Source: Chthoniobacteraceae bacterium
GTDB lineage: Bacteria; Verrucomicrobiota; Verrucomicrobiia; Chthoniobacterales; Chthoniobacteraceae
Length of the DNA stretch: 64,000 nt
Direction: 5' to 3'
Assembly (NCBI GenBank): GCA_031409655.1
Contig: JANNXQ010000078.1
Span: 1-64,000 of the forward strand
This document shows, one piece after another, positions 38,742 to 48,558 of the stretch; positions within the stretch are counted from its first letter, which is position 1, and each line of letters opens with the position of its first letter. The position numbers and the translations under genes were made by a program. The notes beneath the pieces were generated by a model that did no database searches, had not been told where the DNA came from, and saw only the letters and a list, made by a program, of their open reading frames with translations.

Positions 38742-39427
38742 TCGTCCTCCTTCAGTTTCCCTTTTTGAATCAGACTTCGCAGCTTCGGAGTAATAACCGC
38801 ACTGCAATAAGGATTCCGATCCTTGTTTAGGTTGTAGTAGTTCTGGTGGTAACCCTCACCGGCATAGAAAATTTTCAATGGCACGATCTCGGTTACGATT
38901 GGCTCGGGAAAATCTTTTTGCGCTGCGGCCTTGGATTGTTCCGCCGCGGCCTTCTGCGCCTCATTTTCGTAAAGGATGATCGAGCGATACTGTGGCCCCG
39001 CATCGTTCCCTTGGATGGCCGTTCCCTTGGGCAGCATCTTACCATGGGCGAAGGTGTCCTTTTTCAGCACGCTGGTGGGATCATGGGCTGCCCAAAAAAT
39101 CTCAAACAATTGGAGGAGCGGTAGTTTAGCGGGGTCAAATTCGATCTGCACGACCTCCGCATGTCCGGTCGTCATTTCGCACACTGCTTCATACGTCGGG
39201 TTTTCCACATGGCCGCCGGCATAGCCCGAGACGACCCTTTTCACTCCGTCCAGGCGCTGGAAGACGGCCTCCAGGCACCAAAAACAACCTCCACCAAAAG
39301 TGAGACGTTCGGTTCCGGCAGAGGAGGATGGTTTTTCGGGCATAGGTTTATTTTCAGCGGAGCCTGCTGAATGGGCGAGGGCTGAGAGAAAGAGGAAGGA
39401 GAGGATGGCGGATTTCACGAGGATCAT
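38738..39427 (-). CDS. msrA: Peptide-methionine (S)-S-oxide reductase, exported
   Basis: Signal peptide, GGGCFWC, TGHAEVVQ, QGND.GPQYRS, YHQNYY. Confidence 0.92.
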   Translation of the reverse strand: MILVKSAILSFLFLSALAHSAGSAENKPMPEKPSSSAGTERLTFGGGCFWCLEAVFQRLDGVKRVVSGYAGGHVENPTYEAVCEMTTGHAEVVQIEFDPAKLPLLQLFEIFWAAHDPTSVLKKDTFAHGKMLPKGTAIQGNDAGPQYRSIILYENEAQKAAAEQSKAAAQKDFPEPIVTEIVPLKIFYAGEGYHQNYYNLNKDRNPYCSAVITPKLRSLIQKGKLKEDE

Positions 39428-39482
39428 TCTTGGCACAAGGATGGGAGGCAGCAATGGCCCACTCATTCCCAGATTGGAACGG

Positions 39483-40484
39483 CTACGCGCTGGCGCGGAT
39501 ATTAGCCCAGACGTGGACGTGCGGAGAACCGCGGAAGTACCAGACCATGTTCGGGCCTTCGAGTTGCCAGACGTCCCAGATGCCGTCGTTGCCGAGGTCG
39601 CCATTTTTGTAGAAGGCCATGTGCAGTTTATCGAAGCCTGCGGCGTCGATGTATTTCAGGGCTTCGTCGGCATCGGCTTTGCGGAACGGGGCGAGGAGAT
39701 CGCCCATGACTTTGCGCACCTGGGCTTTTTGGTCAGAGGAAAGATCGGCGATGGCGATGCCGGAGAGAGCGGCAGAGGCACCCTTCAGTTTGACAGTTTC
39801 GCTTCCTTGTTCCATGCGGCCTTTGTCGCGCAACGCGCGCTCGCGTTGTTTGCCGTCGAGCATTTGGAAGACTTCGTTCGCGCGCTTGGCTTGATACCAA
39901 TAGACATTCCCGGGGTGGTCGGGTTTTTCGTTAAAGCCTTCGGCAGCGTGGCCGTAGAAGATCGGGCCACCGAAGGCTGCTCCCTCCGTGGAGTCACCGT
40001 CACAGCGTCGCGTACAATGGCGACCTGTAAGCACGAACTCAAACTTGCCGGTGTCCGGTTCGCCGAAGAGGGCAATCGACGAGTCGCCAAAGCCCGCTTT
40101 TCCGCTGTCATGCTGCACCTGTTTATAGACGGTTTCGGCGTATTCGGGTGAGTGCAGCCCGAGGAAGATTTCCTTCACCATCTGGTTTTGATCGGCGGTG
40201 AGAAAGGCGCCGATGTGGGGCTCGGTCACGTGCCAGTTGTTATCCACTTCGGTGCGCAACGGATTGTCCCAGGCGAAGCAGAGGGCTTTCCGCTGAGCAT
40301 CGGTAAAGGACTTGTAGAGCGTCGCCACGAGGGTTTCGGATTTTGCACTGGTCGCCGCGCGAGCGGAGGACGGGAGGAGGAGGCCGGAGGCGGTGACCGC
40401 GGCAGCGGCGGCGAGGGACGTTTTTAGGAATTCGCGACGGGAGGGCGTGGCGCAGTCGGGGCAGAATGAATATGGGGAGTTCAT
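39483..40484 (-). CDS. DUF3500 protein with Tat signal
   Basis: SRREFLK Tat motif, LTGRH, FGGPIFYG, EGP..VW, HVH. Confidence 0.75.
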   Translation of the reverse strand: MNSPYSFCPDCATPSRREFLKTSLAAAAAVTASGLLLPSSARAATSAKSETLVATLYKSFTDAQRKALCFAWDNPLRTEVDNNWHVTEPHIGAFLTADQNQMVKEIFLGLHSPEYAETVYKQVQHDSGKAGFGDSSIALFGEPDTGKFEFVLTGRHCTRRCDGDSTEGAAFGGPIFYGHAAEGFNEKPDHPGNVYWYQAKRANEVFQMLDGKQRERALRDKGRMEQGSETVKLKGASAALSGIAIADLSSDQKAQVRKVMGDLLAPFRKADADEALKYIDAAGFDKLHMAFYKNGDLGNDGIWDVWQLEGPNMVWYFRGSPHVHVWANIRASA

Positions 40485-40572
40485 GGCGAAAATGATACGT
40501 CGCGATGGCCACCACGCCAGCTTTCATCGTGAGGCGACCAACGAACGCTCACTCGTTGCCTGCAACGCTCCG

Positions 40573-41280
40573 CTATTTGGCGTCGATGATCCCGAGCAGC
40601 GCGCCGATCTTCTTCCGGAGATCACGCTGAATGGTTTCGATCCGCTGGTTGGCGTTGATGACCTCGAAGCCGTATTCGTCCTTCATCCGCTGAAACTCAG
40701 CCTGGAGCATCCGCTGGTATTTTAGAAAGCTATCGAACATGTCGCGGGAGAGGCCGAGGTCCATGCCGCTTTCCCAATAGTCGAGGGTCGGGTTTTTTTG
40801 AAAATTGCGGTCCACGAGTTGGCGGCCGCCGACGCGGAAGTAGAAGACGGCGTCGGGGACGAGCGCGGGGCTGTAGAGATTGCGCAGCCATTCGCGGTCT
40901 GCGCCGCGCATCACATCACGAGCCATGAGGGTATAGACGTAGCGATCCGCGATGACGATGAGGCCCGCCCGGAGTGCCGGGATCATCTCATGGACCAGTT
41001 GATCGAAGAAATCGGTCGCGTAAAAAAGCGACATCGTGGTGTGCGTGAGGATGTTACCTTGTTTGGCGCTCTCCAGTTCCTCGGCCACGAGATTCGAGCG
41101 GCTGAGGCCCATGGTGCGCACCGCAAACCCATTCGCTTCAAGCCACGCGCTGAGCATCGCGATCTGGGTCGAGCGCCCGGAGCCGTCGGCACCCTCGATG
41201 GCTAGAAGCCGACCGGCGAAGCGCGCGTCGCGGAGTTCGGGAAGCTGCCGGCCGAAGGAGGCTTTCTCGGTCAGCGGCAT
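40573..41280 (-). CDS. Thymidylate-kinase-family protein (second of tandem pair)
   Basis: IEGADGSGRSTQ, IADRYVYT, YWESGMDLG. Confidence 0.85.
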   Translation of the reverse strand: MPLTEKASFGRQLPELRDARFAGRLLAIEGADGSGRSTQIAMLSAWLEANGFAVRTMGLSRSNLVAEELESAKQGNILTHTTMSLFYATDFFDQLVHEMIPALRAGLIVIADRYVYTLMARDVMRGADREWLRNLYSPALVPDAVFYFRVGGRQLVDRNFQKNPTLDYWESGMDLGLSRDMFDSFLKYQRMLQAEFQRMKDEYGFEVINANQRIETIQRDLRKKIGALLGIIDAK

Positions 41281-41954
41281 GGAGGCCTCCGGAAAACGGG
41301 TAAGTCGATCCGTTCGCGGATCAATTGGCGCACGCGGCTTTGCTGTTGGTGAATTTCTTCGCTGGCGTCGATGAGGGTGAACCCAAACTGCTCACGCATG
41401 GCCTCGTATTCTGCGAAGACCTTTCCCTGAAAGATTCGGAAACTCTCGTAGGGATCAGTACTCCAGCCCATGTCGAGTCCGGCTTCATGATACTTCAGCA
41501 TCGGCCGCCCCTCCAGGATTCGGTTAAGTGATGTCTCCAGAGGCACTTGGAAGTAAAATGTGATGTCCGGTTGGACCGCGAAACTGTAGAGTTTTTGGAC
41601 CCATTCGCGGTCCACCCCACGCACCGCATCTCGGGCAAAGGCGGTGAAGATGTAGCGATCGGCGAGAACGATGTATCCGGCGCGGAGCAGGGGAAGGATC
41701 TGCCGGTCGTATCGATCTGCGAAATCGGTGGCGTGGATCAGCGAGAAAGTGGTGGGTGTGAGGAGTTGCCGTTTCTTGCCTTTCGTGGTGGATTTTTTCA
41801 CCAGGACAGACGAATTCCACTCCGTGAAAAAGACCCGGTAGCCTTCGAGTTCGAGCCATCGCTTGACGAGGTAGATCTGGGTGGACTTTCCGGAGCCATC
41901 CAAACCCTCGACAGCGATCAGTTTCCCTGAATAATTCGGGTGCTTGAGAACCAC
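41271..41954 (-). CDS. tmk: Thymidylate-kinase-family protein (first of tandem pair)
   Basis: VEGLDGSGKSTQ, LADRYIFTAFARD, YHEAGLDMG; GTG start uncertain. Confidence 0.8.
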   Translation of the reverse strand: MVLKHPNYSGKLIAVEGLDGSGKSTQIYLVKRWLELEGYRVFFTEWNSSVLVKKSTTKGKKRQLLTPTTFSLIHATDFADRYDRQILPLLRAGYIVLADRYIFTAFARDAVRGVDREWVQKLYSFAVQPDITFYFQVPLETSLNRILEGRPMLKYHEAGLDMGWSTDPYESFRIFQGKVFAEYEAMREQFGFTLIDASEEIHQQQSRVRQLIRERIDLPVFRRPPCR

Positions 41955-42069
41955 ACGCTTAGGATGTTTACTTTGGTCTGAGAATGCAATCCCAAAGCCA
42001 GCACCCTCATGACATAAGACGCTGCTGAGCGCATCCGCCTGATCCAACCATCAAATTCGACCCCCCAAT

Positions 42070-42474
42070 ATGGACTTCGCCAATCTCATTACAGATGCGC
42101 TTTCAGCACGCGAGAAAGCGTATGCTCCTTATTCCAATTTTCGAGTGGGAGCAGCGTTGCTCGGTAAGAGCGGTCGCGTTTTTACGGGTGGCAACGTCGA
42201 GAATATTTCCTTTGGCCTGACGATTTGTGCTGAGCGGTCGGCAGTTTGTAGTGCGATTGCTGCCGGAGAGATCGAGTTTGTCGCAATCGCGGTTGCTGCG
42301 GATTCGCGGGAACCGGTGACCCCGTGTGGCGCTTGTCGGCAGGTATTGGCGGAATTTTGCGATGACTTGGAAACTTGCTCGGTGAATCTTCAGGGCCAAA
42401 CCTTCAAAACAACGCTTTCGGTGCTTTTGCCCCGCGCCAAGGCCGGCATATTGGATCACGACTGTTCCACGTAG
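42070..42474 (+). CDS. cdd: Cytidine deaminase (homotetrameric type)
   Basis: AYAPYSNFRVGAA, NVEN, CAERSA, PCGACRQ. Confidence 0.95.
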   Translation: MDFANLITDALSAREKAYAPYSNFRVGAALLGKSGRVFTGGNVENISFGLTICAERSAVCSAIAAGEIEFVAIAVAADSREPVTPCGACRQVLAEFCDDLETCSVNLQGQTFKTTLSVLLPRAKAGILDHDCST

Positions 42475-42478
42475 AACA
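42463..42478. promoter_or_regulatory. parS-like site
   Basis: TGTTCCACGTAGAACA, 15/16 match to TGTTCCACGTGGAACA. Confidence 0.75.
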
Positions 42479-42481
42479 TAG

Positions 42482-44335
42482 ATGTTCACTTACCCGAAAA
42501 TATACGACGTGATCGTCGTCGGTGCGGGACACGCGGGGATTGAGGCGGCTTCGGCTGCTGCGCGGATGGGATGCGAGACACTCATCCTTACCCAAAACCT
42601 TGATTCGGTCGGGCAGATGTCCTGCAATCCCGCGATTGGCGGCCAGGCGAAAGGACAGATGGTTCGGGAAATTGATGCCCTCGGGGGAGTCATGGGGCTG
42701 AATACAGACGCCACGTCCATTCAGTTTCGGATGTTGAACGGAACGAAGGGGCCGAGTGTGCGGTCGCCGCGTGCGCAATGCGATAAGAAGGCTTACCAGT
42801 TTAGAGCGAAGGCGATCTTGGAGCGGACCCCGAATCTGGACCTAAAGCAGGGGAACGCCGTCAATATCGTTGTTGGCGACGAAGGGGCTTGCGGAGTTGA
42901 GACAAATCTAGGGCTTCGGTTTCGAGGGCGATCAGTGATCATCACCACCGGGACATTCATGCGAGGACTGCTCCATGTGGGATTGAATAGCCAGGCCGGG
43001 GGAAGGATGGGAGATTCGGTCTCTACGCTGAGTGACAATCTCAAGGACTTGGGATTTGAGATCGGGCGGTTTAAGACAGGTACTCCGTGCAGACTTCATG
43101 GGCGGACGATCAATTTCGAGAAGTGTACTCCGCAAGGCGGCGATACTCCGCCTCAACCCTTTACCTTTTTTCCTGAGGCGCTGGTGGCGAGCGACAACGA
43201 CATTTTTTCGCTCAATCGGTTTGAGTCTGGCGAGTTCCACGTGGAACAACTTCCTTGTTGGACGACCGGGACCACCCCGGCGACGCACGACTTGATCCGC
43301 GCCAATCTGGATAAATCGCCACTGTATTCAGGTTTGATCGAAGGAGTGGGCCCTCGGTATTGCCCGTCGATCGAAGACAAGGTCGTGAAATTCGCGGAGA
43401 AGGATTCGCACCAAATCTTCTTGGAGCCCGAAGGCCGACACACCGAAGAGTTCTACGTGAATGGCGTCTCCACGAGTTTGCCGATGGAGGTCCAGTACGC
43501 TTTCGTTCGCACTATTCCCGGTTTGGAAAACGCCGAAATCATGCGCCCGGGTTACGCCGTGGAATACGACTACTGCCCCCCCACGCAACTCAAACATACC
43601 CTCGAGACACAGAAGATCCCTCATCTCTATTTCGCTGGGCAAATCAACGGCACATCCGGCTACGAAGAGGCGGCGGCACAAGGGCTAGTGGCAGGGACGA
43701 ACGCTGCCCGCAAGATATTGTGTAGGAGTGAATTCGTGCTCTCGCGAAGCGAGGCTTATATCGGAGTGTTGGTGGACGATCTCGTGACCAAGGGCACCCT
43801 CGAACCCTACCGGATGTTCACCAGCCGAGCGGAGTTCCGACTGCTCCTGCGCCACGACAACGCCGACCTCAGGCTGACCCCAATTGCGCAGAAGCACGGG
43901 CTGGTCGAAGAAGCGAGAGCGAAGGCGACGGCCGCGAAACAGGAAACCTTGCGCACGCTCCGCACTTTCGCAGAGACGGCGAAATACGACGGCCTGAAGA
44001 TCATCCAGTGGCTGCGGAGACCCGACAACTTTTCGCACCAGCTCCCAAGCGAACTCCGCGCCGGCTTTTCCTCCGCTCAGTGGGATTCCGTGGAAATCGA
44101 CATCAAATACGAAGGCTACATCGCGCGCCAAAACTTCGAGGTGAACCGCCTCCGCAGCCAGGAGGGAATGCGGATTCCTCCATTCTTCGATTTCGACAGC
44201 GTCGGTAGCATTCGTGCCGAGAGCCGCCAGAAGCTGAACAAAGTGAAGCCGCAAACGATCGGACAGGCGGCCCGCATCAGCGGCATTACGCCGGCCGATG
44301 TCGCGTTGCTCAGTATTGCAGTCGCGCGCCCGTGA
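42482..44335 (+). CDS. mnmG: tRNA uridine-5-carboxymethylaminomethyl modification enzyme MnmG/GidA
   Basis: [54 protein letters not shown]. Confidence 0.97.
   Translation: MFTYPKIYDVIVVGAGHAGIEAASAAARMGCETLILTQNLDSVGQMSCNPAIGGQAKGQMVREIDALGGVMGLNTDATSIQFRMLNGTKGPSVRSPRAQCDKKAYQFRAKAILERTPNLDLKQGNAVNIVVGDEGACGVETNLGLRFRGRSVIITTGTFMRGLLHVGLNSQAGGRMGDSVSTLSDNLKDLGFEIGRFKTGTPCRLHGRTINFEKCTPQGGDTPPQPFTFFPEALVASDNDIFSLNRFESGEFHVEQLPCWTTGTTPATHDLIRANLDKSPLYSGLIEGVGPRYCPSIEDKVVKFAEKDSHQIFLEPEGRHTEEFYVNGVSTSLPMEVQYAFVRTIPGLENAEIMRPGYAVEYDYCPPTQLKHTLETQKIPHLYFAGQINGTSGYEEAAAQGLVAGTNAARKILCRSEFVLSRSEAYIGVLVDDLVTKGTLEPYRMFTSRAEFRLLLRHDNADLRLTPIAQKHGLVEEARAKATAAKQETLRTLRTFAETAKYDGLKIIQWLRRPDNFSHQLPSELRAGFSSAQWDSVEIDIKYEGYIARQNFEVNRLRSQEGMRIPPFFDFDSVGSIRAESRQKLNKVKPQTIGQAARISGITPADVALLSIAVARP
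43233..43248. promoter_or_regulatory. parS-like site inside mnmG
   Basis: AGTTCCACGTGGAACA (14-bp perfect palindromic core), encodes FHVEQ. Confidence 0.8.
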
Positions 44336-44464
44336 TCGACGCCATCACTTTAGAGTTTAGAGCCCCAGTCAAGAATGCGGTTCCGTAGATTACGGAAACT
44401 GAGGGTTGTAGCCAGCAGCGTTAGCGCCCTTTGCAGTGCTTCGAAAACAATGCGCGAAAATCTA

Positions 44465-44494
44465 TTGACTCACAATGCGCCTTCGGTTTAAAAC
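44465..44494 (+). promoter_or_regulatory. Possible sigma70 promoter for the PEP-CTERM gene
   Basis: TTGACT followed 17-18 nt later by TTAAAA/TAAAAC in an AT-rich gap. Confidence 0.3.
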
Positions 44495-44566
44495 CATCGA
44501 ATCCTTCTACCGGATAATATAAAAACAGCGGATAATCCAAAACCTCCACAAAATAAATTCACAGCA

Positions 44567-45352
44567 ATGAAGACTTTAAACCCCACCATGCTTAAAGGAT
44601 GCTCAGCGCTCGTCGCTACGTTCCTTTCCGCCAGCGCAATCACGTCACAAGCGGTACTCGTTCTCCCAACGACTGCGGAAACTCCCGGTGCGCTCCTTGG
44701 AGCCGGCGTTGGCAATTCCGGCGGAACAGTTGTCGCAGGTGGTGACATCACTGTTCCCTTTTCCGATGTGAGTCTCCCATCGAACTTCAACGGAACTCTG
44801 CGCACCACGGTGGTTCGGAATGCCGGCGGAACTCTGGATTTCTACTACCAGTTGGCGAACACAACCACCGCCCCGAATATTCCGGACCCTGAGCTGTACC
44901 GGCTGACGCTGAATCCTTTCAGCGCTGCCTTTTCCACGTCTGGTGCAAGCTACGAAGCTTTTGTGATCAACAACGGCTTGGCCGGCATCGCCGGGGCTGC
45001 TTCGGTGCCCGGAACGGTTGCCGCGTTCAGCGCTGATCGCCAGGTTGGTGTTCAAGGTGTAGGCTTCGGATTTGATTTCGGTGACGCTCAATTCCTTGAC
45101 GACGTAACTCCACCTTTCACTAATCTGAATCCGGGTCAGACCTCGAACTTCCTCCTCATTCGGACCAGTGCGACCCAGTTCGCTCAGACGACCGCGTCTG
45201 CGATCGGCGCTGGAACGGCAACGCCGATTAGGAGTTTCGCTCCGATTCCAGAGCCAACTACGATTTTGGTCGGACTCGCGCTCACAACCTTCCTGGGCTG
45301 CTCCGAACTCGGTCGCTCCCGCCGCCGGAAGGCGACCGGTGCCAAGGTTTAA
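44567..45352 (+). CDS. PEP-CTERM sorting-domain surface protein
   Basis: Signal peptide, T/G/A-rich body, IPEPTT + TM + RRRK. Confidence 0.88.
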   Translation: MKTLNPTMLKGCSALVATFLSASAITSQAVLVLPTTAETPGALLGAGVGNSGGTVVAGGDITVPFSDVSLPSNFNGTLRTTVVRNAGGTLDFYYQLANTTTAPNIPDPELYRLTLNPFSAAFSTSGASYEAFVINNGLAGIAGAASVPGTVAAFSADRQVGVQGVGFGFDFGDAQFLDDVTPPFTNLNPGQTSNFLLIRTSATQFAQTTASAIGAGTATPIRSFAPIPEPTTILVGLALTTFLGCSELGRSRRRKATGAKV

Positions 45353-45382
45353 GCCGACCGAAAGTAGTCACGTTTAGTCTTC

Positions 45383-45424
45383 AAACCCCCTCGTTCCGTT
45401 CTGGAGCGAGGGGGGTTTTCTTTT
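45383..45424 (+). terminator. Rho-independent terminator
   Basis: AAACCCCCTCGTTCC-GTTCT-GGAGCGAGGGGGG followed by TTTTCTTTT. Confidence 0.85.
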
Positions 45425-45597
45425 CTGGCAGATGTTTCCAAAGGCCCCAGCGAAAGTTCGCTTTCAAATCCAGGGGTCCTTCCTTTGGAAAGAGGCCAGT
45501 GCGCGGGCTCGACACGGCCACCTCGGCTCGCGGGTGCCCCGGTGTCGCCGGCCCCCCGACAAAAAATGCGCTGCCTTGAATCCGCGGAGCGATCCAG

Positions 45598-45858
45598 CTA
45601 CGAGCCCAATTTCGCTTTCGCCAATTGGCGCTTTCCGCTCCAACGGACTGGGGCAAGCCAGGAGGCGCTGGACCACGGCATTCCGTCCTCGACCCACTTT
45701 GCGCGCCACTGCGCTGGGCTCATCCCTTCGTCGTCGTCGCTGACGCCGTGTTGAAAACCGCAACAGGGACAAATTTCGAACGACGCGCCGCCGCTGACGG
45801 ATCGCGGCGCCTCGGAAAGCTGCGGCCAGCCGCACACGGTGCAGGTGTGTTTCTTCAT
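45598..45858 (-). CDS. CPCC cysteine-rich protein (putative immunity protein)
   Basis: CTVCG...FEICPCCGFQHG.SD...WR.KW...GMPW; ATGA overlap with upstream gene. Confidence 0.75.
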   Translation of the reverse strand: MKKHTCTVCGWPQLSEAPRSVSGGASFEICPCCGFQHGVSDDDEGMSPAQWRAKWVEDGMPWSSASWLAPVRWSGKRQLAKAKLGS

Positions 45859-46613
45859 CGAGAGGGAATGTCGCTCGGCTTCACGGGACGGCCAGGCTGG
45901 CGCGCGAAGTAGTCGCGGCTGCCGGGCTTGAAGTAGGTCTTCGTGGTGCCGTCGCGGTTGTAGGCAGCGAAGGCGCCGGTCATTGCATCAAAGACGCGCA
46001 AGGTGCCGTCTACATCAAGTTTCATCGGCAGGCTGGTCGCCATGGCCCGCTGCCGGAAACTCCAGGCTTGGCGCGCATAGTCGTCGGGATCTCGCGCCTG
46101 GAAGTCCTGCCCGTGTCGCGCAAAGTGATCGGCAAGCGCGGGCATGTTGCCCCAAGTCGCGCGCGTCGGCGGCGCTTGCTGGGTGGATGCTGGCGGTGGT
46201 TTGGAAGCGGGAGAAGTGCGCGGCGGGCTTGTGACCTTTGTGGGCGGGGCGTCGGGCGTGGTCTTCGGCGAGGTCGCAGAACTCCCCGAGACAGTAAAAT
46301 TACCAGTCGCGAGCTTCTTCCGCGCTGTGCCGACGGCGTAGAAATATATTTTGCCGGGCGCAAGGCCAGTGACGGTGACGATGTGGTCCGTAGTGATGCC
46401 ACCCTCCGCGCGCTGGGTGAGCGCTTCCGCCGTGGCACCGTAGCTCACCCGCCCACCGGATTCCACGTCGGTGCGCCATTTCACAGTGACGGAACCGCTG
46501 CCCGCTGGCTCGACTTTCACAGCCCCGACGACTCCCGCCGCGCGCCCGAAGGCACCCAGCCAAGTGAGTAACAGAATCGCCAGTCCCAGCGGTCGCAGCT
46601 TGGGAAAATGCAT
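45855..46613 (-). CDS. Secreted FN3/PAP-N-domain protein with Pro/Thr linker and C-terminal putative toxin domain
   Basis: Signal peptide; VTVKWRT...VSYG...H.VTVTGL.PG..YFY; linker; LADHFARHGQDF...DY...A..F...GTTKTYFKP. Confidence 0.7.
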   Translation of the reverse strand: MHFPKLRPLGLAILLLTWLGAFGRAAGVVGAVKVEPAGSGSVTVKWRTDVESGGRVSYGATAEALTQRAEGGITTDHIVTVTGLAPGKIYFYAVGTARKKLATGNFTVSGSSATSPKTTPDAPPTKVTSPPRTSPASKPPPASTQQAPPTRATWGNMPALADHFARHGQDFQARDPDDYARQAWSFRQRAMATSLPMKLDVDGTLRVFDAMTGAFAAYNRDGTTKTYFKPGSRDYFARQPGRPVKPSDIPSR

Positions 46614-46620
46614 CGGTTGA

Positions 46621-47583
46621 CTACGTCAGGCAGGCCATGCGATCGGCGTGCGGTGCTTGGGGCACGAGATCGAGTTCGGCGAGGAGCTGCTGGTCTTCGT
46701 CCACGCCTGGGTTTGCGGCGGTGAGCAGCTTGTCCCCGTAGAAGATCGAGTTTGCTCCGGCAAAAAAGCAGAGCGCCTGCGCCTCGCGGGAAAGTCGGGT
46801 GCGGCCCGCGCTGAGTCGCACTTTCGAGCGCGGCAAGGCAATGCGCGTCGTGGCGATGAGACGCACCAGCTCGAAGACATCGACGGGTGGCTGATCTTCG
46901 AGCGGCGTGCCGGGCATGGCCATGAGGCAATTGATCGGCACGCTTTCCGGCGCGGGATCGAAACCAGTGAGCACCTCCAGCATCTTCAATCGGTCCACGA
47001 TCGTCTCACCGAGTCCGATGATCCCACCGCAGCACACATCCATGCCGGACTGTTGCACGGCGGCGATGGTATCGAGGCGGTTTTGAAAAGTGTGCGTCGT
47101 CACGATCTCCGGGTAGAATTCCGGTGAGGTGTCGATGTTGTGGTTGTAGGCGGTCACGCCGGCTTCCTTTAGCTTCTGCGCCTCGGGGAGCGAGAGCTGA
47201 CCGAGCGTGACGCACACTTCCATGCCGAGCTTGGAGACTTCGCGGATGGCCCCGAGCACCTGCTCGAAACGCGGATCGCCAGAGCGCACGCCTTTCCACG
47301 CTGCGCCCATGCAAAAGCGCGTGGAGCCATTCTCTTTCGCCCGTTGCGCGACCGCGAGGATTTCATCCGTCTGCATCAGCCGTTCCGCTTCCACGCCGGT
47401 CTTGTAGCGGGCGCTCTGCGCGCAGTAGCCGCAGTCCTCAGAGCAGCCACCCGTCTTGATCGAGAGCAAAGTGCAGAGCTGCACTTCATTGCCAGTCCAG
47501 TGCTCGAGGAAAGCGGCGCGTGCGCGGCTGAGCAGGTCGAAAAACGGGGTGTCGTAGAGGGCTTGGAGCTCGGGAAACTTCAC
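46621..47583 (-). CDS. bioB: Biotin synthase
   Basis: CSEDCGYCAQS radical-SAM motif, YNHNIDT, ESVPIN, RLSAGR. Confidence 0.96.
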   Translation of the reverse strand: MKFPELQALYDTPFFDLLSRARAAFLEHWTGNEVQLCTLLSIKTGGCSEDCGYCAQSARYKTGVEAERLMQTDEILAVAQRAKENGSTRFCMGAAWKGVRSGDPRFEQVLGAIREVSKLGMEVCVTLGQLSLPEAQKLKEAGVTAYNHNIDTSPEFYPEIVTTHTFQNRLDTIAAVQQSGMDVCCGGIIGLGETIVDRLKMLEVLTGFDPAPESVPINCLMAMPGTPLEDQPPVDVFELVRLIATTRIALPRSKVRLSAGRTRLSREAQALCFFAGANSIFYGDKLLTAANPGVDEDQQLLAELDLVPQAPHADRMACLT

Positions 47584-47650
47584 GGTCGATGAGTGTCGGA
47601 GGGTGGTCGGCGAGTGTCGAGTGTGGAGTCCTTGGAAAAGCGCCCGGCGG

Positions 47651-48430
47651 CTACTCGCCGAGATGGGCGTAGAGCCGCGCTAGGCGGCGGGCATGCTCAT
47701 CGTAGGCGGACTCGAAGAGCGCCGTTGCCATTTCCGCGCCGACGATCGCAGCGGCCGTGAGCACGCGCGGGGGCTGGCCGGCTGCCGTGAGCCGCGCGGC
47801 GACTTCCGCCTTGATCGCATTCACGAGCAGACAACCGCCAATGGTCGAGCCTGGCGCGACGGGTGTCTCGAGGCCAGGCACATGGACCATCGCGTCACCG
47901 ACGGGCGCGCCGGTATCGAGCGTCAGCTCGGCGAAGTCCGAGAGCTTGCGCCCATCCGTCCGCCGGCTCGTGCTCGCGGCACTGTGCGCTTTGGAAACGA
48001 TCGCCACTACGCGCACCCGCCGGCGTTGGAATTCCTCCGCCATCTCGATCGGTACCAAATTGCAACCACTGGAGGAAATGACGAGGGCGGTGTCTGCGGG
48101 CGCGAGGTCAAAGTTGCGCAAGATCCGCTCCGCGAGACCGCTGACATTTTCGAGGAACATCGCCTGCCGCTGCCCATTCGCGCCGACGACGAGATTGTGA
48201 AAGCTCACGGAGAGTTCGACGATCGGATTGAACCCTGGGAAGGAGCCGTAGCGCGGCCACATCTCCTCCACCATGATGCGCGAGTGTCCGGAGCCAAAGA
48301 CATGGACCATGCGACCGGCGAGGATCGTCTGCGCGAACCAATCGGCGGCCTGCTGAATGGCAGCAGACTGCTCTTCCACGGTGTCAACGAGGACGCGGCA
48401 GTGGGTGAGGTATTCGGCGGAAGGGCTCAT
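47651..48430 (-). CDS. SIS-domain sugar isomerase
   Basis: VHVFGSGHS, VISSSG, LDTGAPVGD. Confidence 0.85.
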   Translation of the reverse strand: MSPSAEYLTHCRVLVDTVEEQSAAIQQAADWFAQTILAGRMVHVFGSGHSRIMVEEMWPRYGSFPGFNPIVELSVSFHNLVVGANGQRQAMFLENVSGLAERILRNFDLAPADTALVISSSGCNLVPIEMAEEFQRRRVRVVAIVSKAHSAASTSRRTDGRKLSDFAELTLDTGAPVGDAMVHVPGLETPVAPGSTIGGCLLVNAIKAEVAARLTAAGQPPRVLTAAAIVGAEMATALFESAYDEHARRLARLYAHLGE

Positions 48431-48447
48431 TGGGAGAGGCAAAAGGC

Positions 48448-48558
48448 GAACATCGAACATCGAACGTCGAACATCCAACATCAAACGCGGAATGAGTGCG
48501 CTGGCGGGCGGCGCTCGGAAGTTCGACGTTCGATGTTCAAAGTTCGACGTTCGATGTT
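48448..48558. repeat. Inverted pair of heptamer tandem arrays, second copy
   Basis: (GAACRTC)n at 48448-48486 and (GTTCGAY)n at 48521-48558. Confidence 0.88.

Noticed and set aside
41271..44566. Lower-GC stretch as a horizontally acquired island
   Set aside because: Contains core genes (cdd, mnmG) and parS-like sites; no mobility genes
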